DNA of 64,000 nucleotides, taken from Dimorphilus gyrociliatus. Lineage: Eukaryota > Animalia > Annelida. The translations under genes were made by a program, and so were the position numbers. This document shows, in pieces, positions 51,913 through 64,000 of the stretch (its first letter is position 1; every line of letters begins with the position of its first letter). A model generated the notes under the pieces. It was given only the letters and a program-made list of their open reading frames with translations. It did not search any database and was not told where the DNA came from. Location: positions 4,183,689 through 4,247,688 of the forward strand of contig CAJFCJ010000005.1 in NCBI GenBank assembly GCA_904063045.1. The letters are read 5' to 3'.

Positions 51913-54678
51913 TATATCTATATATTATAATAAAAGAATAGAAAGTTGTTTTTTTTTTACTTTTCAGCGAATTTTATGGCTTTATTGCGTGGTTCCGACC
52001 TTAAACCGGCATTTTTCATTATCGACTTTAGTGCTGAATTTCTCAGAGCAGCTGATGATGAAGAAGATGATGGTTGGTGTTCTTGTTGTACAGTAAACTC
52101 ATCACCAGTATCATCCGGTGTACCAGAATACACGTCCAATCTATCAACTCGTTGTCGTACTTTTATTTGTCTTTCTTCTTCATCTTCTGTATTCTCATCA
52201 GCCTTTTCAAGTCTAGTCTTGTTATTTCCCCTGTTGACGTTTCTCGTTGTCAAGTTTGACAAGAAAACATCTTCCGTCTTTTTTTCCAATTCCTCAAAAT
52301 CGTCCATTAGGTTCTGTAATGAACTCTCTTCTTCGCCATACTGAACATCTGGTGCCATATTTGAGTATACTTCTTCCCCTACTTCTAACTCGTCCTCTTC
52401 GTATACTTCTTCTTCATCCTCTTCTTGTTCATCATCGTCCTCCGCATCTTCTTCCAACTCTTCCTCGTCCTCCTCAATCTCTTCATCATCATCCTCTTCC
52501 TCATCTTCGTCCTCTTCCTCTTCTTCTACTTCTATAAAGTTTACTTGAACGGCTTGCTCTCTAACTTTAGTCGGTAAGCTTTTTTGTTTTTTATCGAAAT
52601 TTTCAGGCAATACGCTCGAATGTTTATCGTAAGTATGAATTCGGATAGTGTTCGTACTGCTATTGTGAAATACTTTACGATCTGTAGAACAGCCTCGAGA
52701 AGTTGTAGGCATAATTGTTGCAGTTGCTGCGTTATACATTCTTACTTTATCCGTAATAATTGCTTTGTCCAGCATGCTTTTCTTTCTTAATGGCTGAGAA
52801 GGAGGTGGTTTTAATAAGGAAGAGAGGGGTGATGGGCCTGATTTTGATTTGTCGCTTTCGTAATTCTTATCGGTATTCGATGATTTATTAACTAGGTAAC
52901 GCCTGTCTGTATTGCACGACGAATGTCTAAAAAGACTGGAATTTTTAGCGGATTTTACTTCCGTTTGAACTGAGGCAGATAAATGTCGGATAATATCCGT
53001 ATTGGTTGATGCAGGATAAGATTCGGGAGGAAACGGATTCGTGCCCTTGTCGACCCCCAATGCTCTTGGGGTATTTGTTGAGGAATCTAGTAGGAATCTG
53101 GTACCAGTTTGTACAACCGAATTTCTAGTTGAAGGGCAAATTGAGAGGCCAACAGATCTAGTTTTCACAATTGGTTGCACCCTAACCTGAATCGAATCGT
53201 TTCCTACCCCTGTTGAAACGCAATTTCCCGAACTTTTATGATTTATTCCCCTATCGCATGTCTCTACAGCTTTTACTTGAATAGCTACCGTTCGAACGTT
53301 CTTCTTGAACTTTTCTTCTAGCATATTTCTAAATGCATCGTAATTGATATTAACAACTTTGCTGTAGAAGGCTGCAAGATTAGTTTGTTGTATAGTTGTA
53401 TAAGATGTAGAAGTCCCTAAATGGTCGTCTGGCATAGTTAATTCGCTTAAATCTAATTTCCCTTCTAATATCTGACCCAGTTGTTCACCTACTCCGACGC
53501 CCACGGTACGCGTATCAGCTTTCCAATCGCACATGTAACTAACACCTACATCTCGCATTGCAGATTTACAGAGCACACCAACATTTCTACGCTGTACAGT
53601 TTGGCCACCACCACCTAGTTTCTCACCAATCAACACCGTTCTCAACTCTTTCTCGTGTATCCGAATTTGCGAATCATCATCAGTACGATCCGTTTCAACC
53701 GCAACCGACCGGGTAGTTTTGGGTATTCTATCCTTAGTCTCTGGCATTGTATAACACTTACCAGTTAAAATCGTATGGATTTCCTTCTCTTTTACGCGAA
53801 CCCTTTCGTCCGAATGACTTTCCGTTTCAATTGTTCTCCTTTGATTTGTACTATTATTGAATCGATCGTTTAGACTAAGATTCCATTCGGGTTGATCGCT
53901 ACCCACGCCAATAGAACGAGAATGTAAAGCTTTTCTACGGGGTTGAGATGATAATTGGCGATTTTCCTCCTGAAGCATTTGACACTTTTGTCTGAGAGTT
54001 GATAAAGAGTTGGAATCTTGCTCTAATTGCTTCATACGGCTGATTGCGGCAGCCATTTGTTGTTTTAATCGCCGTAAAGCTGGGTTGTGACTTTCACTAG
54101 TATTCAAGTCGTTTGAAGGTAGGAAATTAGACCATAATAAGATCAACTTATCGGCCGTAAGCTCATCATTACTTTCTTCCTCTCTTATTAGAATCGGATG
54201 AGAGTTGGAAATAGATGCGTTATCCGCAACCGGTATACCGTTTACTTGGGGAACATGTAGGTAAACTTCCGTTTCCGTTTTATATCTACCCCTTCGAGCT
54301 GGAACCCTAGGAATAAGTTGAGGTGAGGTAGTATGTTCCCGGCTACTGTCAAGTGACGGCGGTTCGCTGAAGTGCTTGTCAAAACTTTGGCGTCTAGGTT
54401 TAGCATCTCTATTAATTTTATGCAGGTTATTTAAGGAATCAGATGAATAGAGAGAGTCGCTGAAATTAATAAAATCACGGGCAACATGAAATCCGTAAGG
54501 ACAGCACGAACACTTGGCTTGCATAGTTTCACTTCTTCTCGCATTCATAGCATCTGTAATATATCGTTTGGAAATAATAATATACTGCTATACCGTAGCG
54601 CACGCGAAACAGAGAGAGTAAGATAGACAGAGAGCGAGCAAAAAAAAGAGAGAGAGAGAATGCAGGATGAAGGAAGGA

Positions 54679-54721
<43 letters not shown>

Positions 54722-56646
54722 AATATATATCCGCCGTAAATATCACACGAACACTCACGATAGAAAAAACGTCAGAAATGGCGATATATAGTCTGCTAAC
54801 GAGGCATTCCGTTATGATTAAAATAAATGGATATTCCTATTAATATCAATGGGAAAGGATAAGTTTAAAAAAGAAAAACGGTAATTTTCTTATCTGCTTA
54901 CTTATACCAGGTTTAGAGAAACAGATATCTCGAATAAAATACGTTTGTTGAACTGATTTAGATAACTTTTTTTGTTATTTTCTTCTCTCTCTCTCTCTCT
55001 CTCTCTGCTCTCTTCTCCTTTCCTTCTATTTTATAATTCTCTCCTATCTTCATCACTCCTATCATTATTTCGTTAGCTATACTACTTTCCTGCTTATTTG
55101 CTTCCTTCCTTCCTCTTTACCCTCCCTCTCTCTCTCTCACTTTCCTTTTTCCTACTAATTGGACACATGCAAATACATACACAACTACACGCGCGAGAAC
55201 TCTCCTACTTGTGATCTTACATAAAGATCTTTTGGTGAGATTTATTTTTCGGTGCGTATTTTACCGCTCTTTGGAATAAATACAAGAAAAACAGGCCGTT
55301 GAAAGCTAGAGGCAGACGATTTTTATCTTTTAAAGAGTAATTATGGTTATTGTAAAGGTATTTCTTACTTAGAGGACAAAGCCACCTTGACGTTAGGTAA
55401 AGGAGTGTAGCAGCAGGCCTTAACCATTTATTTATATTGTAGTTACATTCTTTGTATCATTTAATTATTTGCCATTTCCTTATACTTAAGCTATCATTTA
55501 TAAAAATCAAAATAATGCAACTATTGAACGTGCCAAAAAGCAAATTCAATCCTTTCTTCTTCTTAGGCGTTTCTATTATCGATAAGAATAGAGTTAAAGA
55601 GAGGACAGCAAAAAATAAGTAAAACAGACGGTAGAGAACGATAGACACGGTTTTAACCTGCTCAAAGTTTTTTTTCTTTTAAAAAAAAGTAGGCGGAAAG
55701 GGGCGGACCTAATAATACTTTATTATTAGAAAAAGTGAACAACGCTTCTCAAATTCGGCAAAACAAATTTGTAGAGAAAAGAAGAAGCGATTAAAACAGC
55801 GTTTCAATCGTTTAAATAAACGAAAAATACCATATTTATTACATTTCTTGGCCTATTAAATCCTAACAATTTAATCTGACTTATTACCTATTAATCATAT
55901 CTAGTCGACCACCTTGAACTTTTTTTTTTCAGTTTTATTATTGTTTACATCAATAGATTATCACGTAATCCATTCCTCTTTATTTGGCTTTATACGCCGC
56001 TAATTGACTAAGTAAACTGAAAAAAGTTCACGAGGGATGTGTTTATTAATGATTTAATATGAGATGCGTGCATATGTGCGCGTATATATATATATATATA
56101 TATACACGTATACACGTATATTTAAGTACTGAATGAGCAGAAGAGTAGAAAGAAAATCGAGCAAGTTGGCCCAGAAAGAGAGAAAAAAAAAGAGCGAGCC
56201 AGAGATATAGCCAATTATTAGGCCTATATTTGTAGAGTATATATTTTATTTTAGAACCTTTGAAAAATAGTTTAATCAATTGGTGATTCATAGGCCTAAT
56301 ACTTTACGATTGCTCTCACGCCTATTTACTGTACGTGATAAACCAAATAATTCATTTTTGAAACCGTTTAATTAAACAGTTTCGTTCAACGACGTAGAAA
56401 CAGGCAAGCGAATACGTTATCTTCAATCTCTACAAAATGTTTATTACAAAAACATTCGCTTCTACGTCGGGCGATGTAAGATTTAGGGGATGAAAATGGG
56501 AAAGATATTAGGTGAAGGGCCAAGAGGAGGGGGTACAGAAAAAGAGATAGGAAAAAGGGAGAAATAAGGTAAGAATTTAAAATATACTTACGAGGTTTTG
56601 GGGCAACTGGAGGAGCACTCCTTCGTCCATTTAGTGGTGAGTACAT
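49009..56646 (-). CDS. KANK: KANK (KN motif, coiled coil, acidic tract, C-terminal ankyrin repeats)
   Basis: Exons 56646-56592 (MYSPLNGRRSAPPVAPKP, phase 1), 54553-51961, 50787-49815, 49257-49009. KN motif CCPYGFHVARDFINF, coiled coil LRRLKQQMAAAISRMKQLEQ, ankyrin repeats GNTALHYSISHGN, GYTPLML, GQTALMLAVSH, GSTALMCASEHG. First-exon assignment is less certain. Confidence 0.92.
51624..51910. repeat. Interrupted (TA)n microsatellites in KANK intron
   Basis: Two TA arrays with TACAGTA/TACTGTA interruptions. Confidence 0.9.
54681..54718. repeat. (AG)n microsatellite
   Basis: Perfect dinucleotide run. Confidence 0.95.
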
Positions 56647-57770
56647 GGTAGTTTCGAAAAGAAGGTCGAAAAAATGATAACGTTCTACTGCTGGTCACTT
56701 GTGTTAGATACCTTCTGCTACTTTCTCTTCTTCTTCTTCTTCTTCTTCTCCTCTTCTGTTTCCCGATATAAATAAACTATGATATGCTTTATTTTTCGGT
56801 TGGCAGCCTAAAGGATTTCTATTGAAACGCAATGCGAATTTTTTTATCACTAACCTACTTGTTCAAGACTATATTTGCGTTCTCAATGCGGCGAAAAGAC
56901 GGTGACTTCAATGCTGAGCACGAAGTTGGAATTCATTTAAAAAAAAAAGTGATCTAACAATTTGTAATGCTATACTAAAGTTAATAAAGTAGATATACAT
57001 ATATAGATAAGGAGAGAGAGAGTGAGAGAGAGAGAGAGAGAGAGAAAAGCGACTGGAAATTAAATTGGTCTAGCTAAAAGATGCAACGCATATGTTATCA
57101 ATAAGAAAGAAAGATACATTTACAGACTTTGTAAGACTAAGAGTAAGAGAGAAAAGAGAAGAGTAAAGGGACAAGAAAAGAGAATATTGTTAATATTATA
57201 TAAGAAAAATATGAATATAATGTCATTTATGAAGACTTTAATGATTTCTATATAATATTATTTCTTTTTTGTTTTCTTGCAATACTCCTATTGCCTTTCC
57301 GAATATACTTTGTTTATCTACTTTCTAAATACCGCTGTCAAAATAGAAGGGAATATTACTAGATTTCTTCACACGCGCTCTTTCTTACTGATATTCGACA
57401 GTAGACTATTGTATACATAGAGTCTTAAAAACGCATAAATTATTCATCCACTGTCCTGTTTGTTTTGCTTTAGAATAGACATGATATATAAAAAGGCTTA
57501 TTGACCAAAGAAATCAAGAGGAATTCTCTTTTTTTTAAATAGATAACAGATAAAAATATACTTTGATGTTTGTTTCCATACCCATAACTAGCTTCTAGTA
57601 GTAAATAAGCGTTCATTTTTATAATGTATACTAACCGATCAATTAGGACACTATTATAATCCGAATCGTTATAAGTATGGTGTAAAAATTAGCCGAAAAA
57701 GCGATAGTTAAATGCCATATTAACGTACCTGACAACTTTTTTCTTTATAAAAGTTCAGCTAACACGAATG

Positions 57771-57819
57771 ACCGGAAGCACAACATACTTCATTTCCGGA
57801 TAGAAGACGAAAGATGGCG
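57771..57819 (+). promoter_or_regulatory. TATA-less housekeeping-type promoter: ETS sites (ACCGGAAG, TTCCGG) plus AAGATGGCG
   Basis: Motifs at 57771-57778, about 57794-57799 and 57811-57819, just upstream of the zinc-finger gene. Confidence 0.55.
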
Positions 57820-57861
57820 TTTACTCTACTCTCTGCCTACCAAAAAATTAACGTAAAGTAG

Positions 57862-60004
57862 ATGCTAATAGAGAATAATGTGCAAGTAACCTACTTCTCT
57901 CCAAACGTAATATGGCTTTATTATATAAGATTCATATATATATAAATATATATAAATATATATATATATATATTACAAAGTATCTTGTATGCATAACAAC
58001 CAACGTTTGTTTTGATTCCATAAAACTATGCAAACAGTCTCATTTAAACAAGTTCTTTATTTTCGTTCAATATGATTCGAATATTCATTTACGTTAATAC
58101 TTGAAAATTTCTATTTACAGGCTATGTCAAATGTGTCATTGATCAAATGCGACGTTTGTGGAATATTTTTAAATTCCAAAGACCAAGCTTATCAACATAA
58201 TATTGGATCTAAGCATTATAGAAATCTCAAAAAGTTATCTCTGCCAATACCGCCAGAAATCGAAGCTCTACACGGAGGAAATAACAAAACTAAACCCCAA
58301 AATTCGAATACTGAAGCAGAAAAAGCTGATAATAAATTTGATAACGGCAGAAAAAACAGTTCTAACGAGGATAATGAAAACCAAATACCCAGCGTCATCT
58401 CGACACTAGGGTCAAAAAATAATGAGACAGTCAGCTCAAATCCTGTTAATGATGCACTAATTAAGAATCTGAGGGGAGAGCTGTCAACTAAGAAAAAGAT
58501 CGAAATACCATGCGAAATCTGTAATCTGATATTAGACTCAAAGGTTCAATTCATTTTTATCCTTTTCCTCCCTTTAAACTCTTCCCTCACCTTCTACTTA
58601 TAACCTATTTGATTATATATCTTTTTGCTTTCTACTTTTACGTCATCGTCATTGTCATCTCTTTCTTCGTCTTCTTCTAACACTATCGCTATTATCTTCT
58701 CCTTTTAATAATTACAATTGCTTATTTTCACCAAAAAACAGGCCACTGCTGAAACTCATTTTAAAGGACAAAAACATCTAAAAAGATTGAAAAGATATTC
58801 GTCAGAACCGCCCGAAAAAATTGCCAAAGTACCCGCCGGTAATCTATCAGTTTTTAATACTATAACTACACATACATCCAAAGAAAAACATACTTAATTA
58901 ATTGTATTCTTTTGTTATATTTATGCCGTGTTTGCATGTGAAACTATGTATAATATGTTTAAAAACTATTATATTTCTTTCTAAATTAGGTTTTGAGAGG
59001 TTCGAGTGTACTGTATGTGGAATTTTTACGTCATCTAGCGGTAATTTAGAAGATCATAGACGAGGTATTATTTACGTTCAATTTTTTAATTACTTACTTG
59101 AAGAGTGAAAAAGATACTTTGAAAAGAAATGTTAAACTTTTAAAAAACAACCTTTTTAGGTGCTAAACATAGAAGATGTATCAATATTAAAGCCAAATTA
59201 GCCGGTGCTGGTTCGACAGCTTCCAAGGCAGCTGAAGAAATGCCTGGCCGTGTGAAAGTAAAAGATCTATTCTTTTAATAACTTTGATGAATTTATCTCC
59301 TTAGTAAAAGACTGTTTTCTCTTTTTCTTTACATATTATAGGATATGTACTATTGTTCAGTGTGCGATATCAGCGTTATTAGTCCTATGACCTTAAGAGT
59401 TCACCTCTCATCCGAGTTTCATAAGAAGAGGCATAGCGAAAAGAACAATAAAGAAGATATTGAACACTTACACACTGTCGGCTCTAACTATTTATCATCA
59501 GATCGACCTATTGGTCCTGCTGATTATCCACCCAACTTTAGGAAAAATAAACAAATAGCTACAACTTGGAAAGAAGCTAAAGAACAACAAGATAGGAAAA
59601 AAAGTACTCGAAAGAATTGTAATTCTTATGGGTTCGTTAAGGGTTCAATAGATAATTCTCATAATGCTAGTCAGTGTGCCCAGTCTGAGAAGAGAAAGCG
59701 GTCTTGGAAGGATTACAACTACGGTAGCAGCGCGGCAAATATTAATAATAGCGCTGGATTTTACAATGGGCAAACATATAACATGATACAAACTGCCATT
59801 AATTATTATTCTGAGAATTTATACGGACAATCTCAAATGTCACAACAAGTACAGTCCAACGCATCCTCTTATAATCCTTATGAAAGTGGCTTTTGGAACC
59901 AGTTTAATCAGCCGAACAACTACATGCCGAACGTACAATATCCGACCACTCATTTGAAAGAAAGAGTCGAATTGGAAGATGACTATTCTTGCTACTTCTC
60001 TTAG
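57862..60004 (+). CDS. Matrin/U1-type (dsRNA-binding) zinc-finger protein with 4 fingers, ZNF385/ZNF346/ZMAT-like
   Basis: Probable exons 57862-57885, 58121-58543, from 58742, from about 58990, from about 59160, 59342-60004. Fingers CDVC...QHNIGSKH, CEIC...ETHFKGQKH, CTVC...DHRRGAKH, CSVC...VHLSSEFH with the long His spacing of matrin fingers. Confidence 0.8.
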
Positions 60005-60527
60005 ATGACGAAGAGGAGGAGGAGGGGTGAGAAAAGAAGATATAGGAATAGGGATAAAAATTACAACAAATGGAAAGAGAAAATGAGAAAAAACAAAAGA
60101 GCGATAAAATTGGATAAAAAAGCAAAGAATACGATTGTTTCTCTTCTCTCTAAAAAGTGTACTTAAATGTATGTGCTAATAGTTCTCCTTTATCTTCGTA
60201 TCAATTCTAATCTATAAAACGATGTAAAGTGTTTTTTCTTGTTTTTTATTCTTCCCTCTTGTGCAATATATAAAAGAGGAGAAAGATGGAGCTGGTAGTG
60301 ACACTTTTTTTTTATTTTTATGCCTACAAAAGGTCATTTTCTTGTTTTGTTTGTTTTTCCTTTTCTTTTATGTTCAACAACAACACCTGTTTTATTATTG
60401 AATAACTCTCATACTTATAATCTCCATGGTCAAAATCAATAAAGACATACTTGTTATAATACTTCTTTATAAAAAGTTATAACTATGTAGTTACGTGGCG
60501 CGAGTGTTAACGTCGATAATTTTTACT

Positions 60528-60554
60528 GTTTCGTAGCAACGGTGATGCGCATGC
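60528..60554. promoter_or_regulatory. X-box (GTTTCGTAGCAAC) plus NRF1-like (TGCGCATGC) motif pair
   Basis: One mismatch from the 13-bp X-box GTTTCCTAGCAAC; NRF1 core follows after 5 bp. Confidence 0.45.
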
Positions 60555-61613
60555 TCTTTACAAACTTTCAGGCCTTCATTTTGAATTAATAATATAGGGT
60601 AGTTCTATGATGAAACCAATTGAAAAATATATATATTAAGCCCGTTCAAGTTTTAAAGTGAATTCTCTAACTAAACTGACAACCCGAAGGAAGTCAGCTT
60701 GTTCATCTATTTGATACATCAATCACAAAAGGCCTAGAAGAACGTGTTGAGGTGAGAATTAATAAATTCAATGCCTTCTTTATGTAACGCATTTTATTAA
60801 GGTGTGTAACAGTAGACTATTCATTAATTCCACTAAAATTTAGTTAAAGTTGAGGGTAACAGGAGCAAAGTGCTTCTCAATAGAGAAGCCAAGGATATTT
60901 TTAAAGGAAAATAGAAAAAAGCATAATAATTGATTGCGAAAGAGACGCCCGTTTTAATTAAGATCGTCCTCTCTCGGCTCAATTTCTTTTAATCTTTTTT
61001 TTCTTTTCCTTGAGAAATTTTATGTCTCTCCCGTTTTTTCCCCCTCTCCTCTCTTCTCCCCATTCTTTATTGTAATTTTTAAAGAAAATCAGCACGTAGC
61101 CTTCTGCCAATTTCTGGAGGACTGTTAAGTGCAACAATTCTTCTTCACTTTATTCAATTAGGCAAGAATTTCATTTAAACGACCATCTTCCGGATGGAAA
61201 GTAATTTAGGAACAAATTAAGGCAATTTCGACAAGCTGCGATACGGCAAACTAGCATTAAATCAGAGAGAAATCACTCCTAACATGTCGTTGTAAATCGC
61301 GTGCCTATATATAAATTTATTTATATATTGTGTGTATACATATATGTATCTATATATATATATGTAAATTTTTACTGTATATTGTAGTATATACTGTATA
61401 CATAAAGAATTCTTTTTTGCAGATAGAAAGAAAGAAAGAAAGAAAGAAAGAAAAAAAGAAAGGAAAAAAAACAGACAAAAGATACACACACACATATATA
61501 TATATATATATAAATATATATATATTATATATATATATATATTTATATATATAAATTAAATAATTTAAATATATAAATATATACATATATACGCTCTACA
61601 AAGCACTGCAATA

Positions 61614-62476
61614 ATGCTATCGATAACTTATTTTTGTACTGCGTTGGCAATTCTGCTTTACGCTTTGGTCCAGTCTGGTAAGTGGAAAGTCTTTATTATT
61701 TGATAAAAAAAAATGCTATCAGCTATGGATAGCACGTGGCTTGTGTTTTTCTATAATTTCTCTTATAAAGCTTATTTACGTATTATTTAGCATGGGGAAT
61801 CGGATGCTTCGTCTGCACATCAATTAATAATTCGGAGCCGGATTGCGAGGACACATTTAACAACACTGGAAAATTCTACCGTCCAGTCTGCAAAGCTGGT
61901 CGCAAGGATCGAGCTGGCCTCTTTCCCGCAACTGATTGTATAAAGATGAAAGCAGAACTTGGTAAGTAGAGGTAACCTTTGGGTTAAATGAAAAACATAA
62001 AAAAGAGGACAAGAAGGGATTAAAACAGTCCCTTTGGACAAAAGGAAAAAAACGTCCAGTATAAATTTGTATAATGATAACAATATTATAATTAGTTAAT
62101 TAATATTTATTAAGCCAAAAAGAAACGAGAAAAAAACAAAAAAAAAGCTTAAATTTACATAAAAAAATAACAAGAAAGAAAGAAAGTTTACCAAAAATAA
62201 TCCCAATTAAAAAAACACTTAGACGGAGAAACGATTATGATTCGAACTTGTTCCGTGGACGACGGCGATATAAATAGCGAAACCGAAATAGGTCGCGAAT
62301 CACATTGCTCCGGAGTTGAGATGGTCAAGTTCAACAACAAACTTATGAACGGTTGCAGTTTATCTTGTAGAAATGTTGATGGGTGTAATGGCTCAGATTA
62401 TTCTTTTCTTAATCACCAAGTTTTCCGTTTGATTGTGCCGTTCACTTTTCTCTTGCTCCTCTTCCTCTTTCACTGA
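61614..62476 (+). CDS. GPI-anchored Ly6/uPAR three-finger protein (quiver/sleepless-type), 162 aa
   Basis: Exons 61614-61677 (signal peptide MLSITYFCTALAILLYALVQSA), 61791-61961, 62223-62476, all phase 1. Ten Cys starting GCFVC and ending SCRNVDGCN, then a hydrophobic C-terminal GPI signal. Confidence 0.88.
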
Positions 62477-64000
62477 TGTTGTCACTCTACAGATAAGAAA
62501 TATTTCAAATAACAATAATTATATTCATTAATAATAATAATTATAACAATAATTATCGTTATATCAACAATAACCTCTATATGCGTCAAAACAATTAAGA
62601 ATTATGAATAATCAAGAATATTATCGATTATAAATTTTCAACTTGTTTATTAGGCCTAATATTTTTAGACAAAAGATGATAGAGAGAGGTAGGTTAACTG
62701 CAGGGACAGGGTATATACAATATGTATAGGTTATATGAGGAGATAGACGAATGTGTGAATGTGCAAGTGGAGGAAAAAGGAAAGTTACAGAAGGAGGGGA
62801 ATGGGGTGGGGGAGAACAGTGATATAAAATAGATAGAAATTATTATATGTATGAGGGTATATACAGTTTACATGAGGGTGAACATATGAAAACGAATTAG
62901 AAGAATGTGGATAAAGAGAGAGAGAGAGGGATATACCTATTAAAATATTACTTTAATCAATTTTTATATGCGTTATAGTGTATTGTATATAAATGTAAAC
63001 TGTTTATAGTTAAAAATCATCATAAAATCTATACAAAGCATAGCAGTATATAGTTGAATTTACTAATGTATATTGCACTTTAGTAATGCTGATTGTGCGT
63101 ATATTACCAAAAGCTCTAGATTCGTATAGTTGAATAATTAATAAGCACACAAGTTAATCGATATTTATTTTTTTCTCAATTATTTTTTATCAATATGTAA
63201 AGAGAAAAAATTTTCCTATAGTTTATATACAACTGGTATTATTATATTATATTATAAAGGGAAAAACAGTTGATATTAGGGAAGAGAGAGTGAAAGGAAG
63301 AAGGAAAATATAAATTGCGCTGGTTAGGGAAAAAATTAAGAGATGTATGATAAATAGAAAATGATTTCTTTCTACGTTTTAATCATATTGAAAAGGTATA
63401 CTATTACTAAAGTATGCGGTCGGTTTATTTCTTTGATGGAATCGATAAATTCTCCATCAGGAATCTTGGCACTCGAAACTGACACAAATCCTACGCTACT
63501 TTATATCTCTCCAGACTCCCTCTAACTATCCTGCTCCTAGTTCGTTCTTTGGATCGTTCATTAGTATGCTCGCTCGGTCTTTACATCTCCCTCTCTCACT
63601 TATTGGCTCACTCATAGATCCTCTAGTCCCTCATTACCCGTCTAAATGTTCATATGAAATTTGATTAATTAGCCGACTCCACCCTCCTCTAAATCTCTTA
63701 CTCGGTGCCGTCGTCGACCAATCTGATAAGACAAAAGTTTTTTACTAAACCATCGAGAGATTAATACGGCAGCTCTTTTCTCCCTTTTTTTTTCAAGCTT
63801 CATCCGCCCAAGCCTAGCCTAGCCATCAATCCATACATCCCTTCCTACTCTCACATTCCCTTACCCCTGTTTTTATACGTAGAGAACAGCACGGCTCATA
63901 GTCATGAATAATTTAATCGTTATAATTATAGTCCGTGCCGATTAACTTGCAACGCAAACGAAAAGATTTTTTTATTTGTTCAAGGAGTAAAAGTAAACAC

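Noticed and set aside
60607-60679. C/D-box snoRNA-like ATGATGA...CTGA
   Set aside because: No clear terminal stem or recognisable rRNA guide; not in an intron of a known host gene.
60680-60930. Two small open frames (QPEGSQLVHLF...; LKLRVTGAK...) joined by gt-ag
   Set aside because: No in-frame start or upstream acceptor and no recognisable homology.

Overview
AT-rich, gene-dense eukaryotic (animal) genomic DNA with very short GT-AG introns (mostly about 60-120 nt) and many (TA)n/(CT)n microsatellites. It looks like a compact-genome protostome, plausibly a miniaturised annelid such as Dimorphilus; that species guess is inference only. I assembled 19 protein-coding genes by hand from splice signals and recalled family motifs, in order: NCS-2 (+), TGF-beta-family type II receptor (-), RBM26/27 (-), PHF20-like (+), ZnT2-like zinc transporter (-), alpha-tubulin (+), FADS6 (-), glass (-), ILKAP (+), Hippo/STK3-4 (-), BTB-BACK-TLDc protein (+), PBZ-HPF1 (-), FADD (-), trissin-receptor-like GPCR (-), MTFMT (-), KANK (-), a 4x matrin-type zinc-finger protein (+) and a GPI-anchored Ly6/uPAR protein (+), plus a decayed DD34D mariner transposase (-). 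I recognised no tRNA, rRNA, snRNA or CRISPR array. The most interesting unexplained structure is non-coding: (1) CTCF-like AG[AG]TGGCG cores in most intergenic gaps; (2) recurrent TA-CAG-TA / TA-CTG-TA interruptions of TA repeats that match Tc1/Sleeping-Beauty-type excision footprints; (3) RFX X-boxes at the alpha-tubulin promoter and upstream of the Ly6 gene. Hidden exons missed by the ORF track add a PBZ finger to HPF1 and most of the Ly6 gene. All identifications come from memory of the families, not from database searches.
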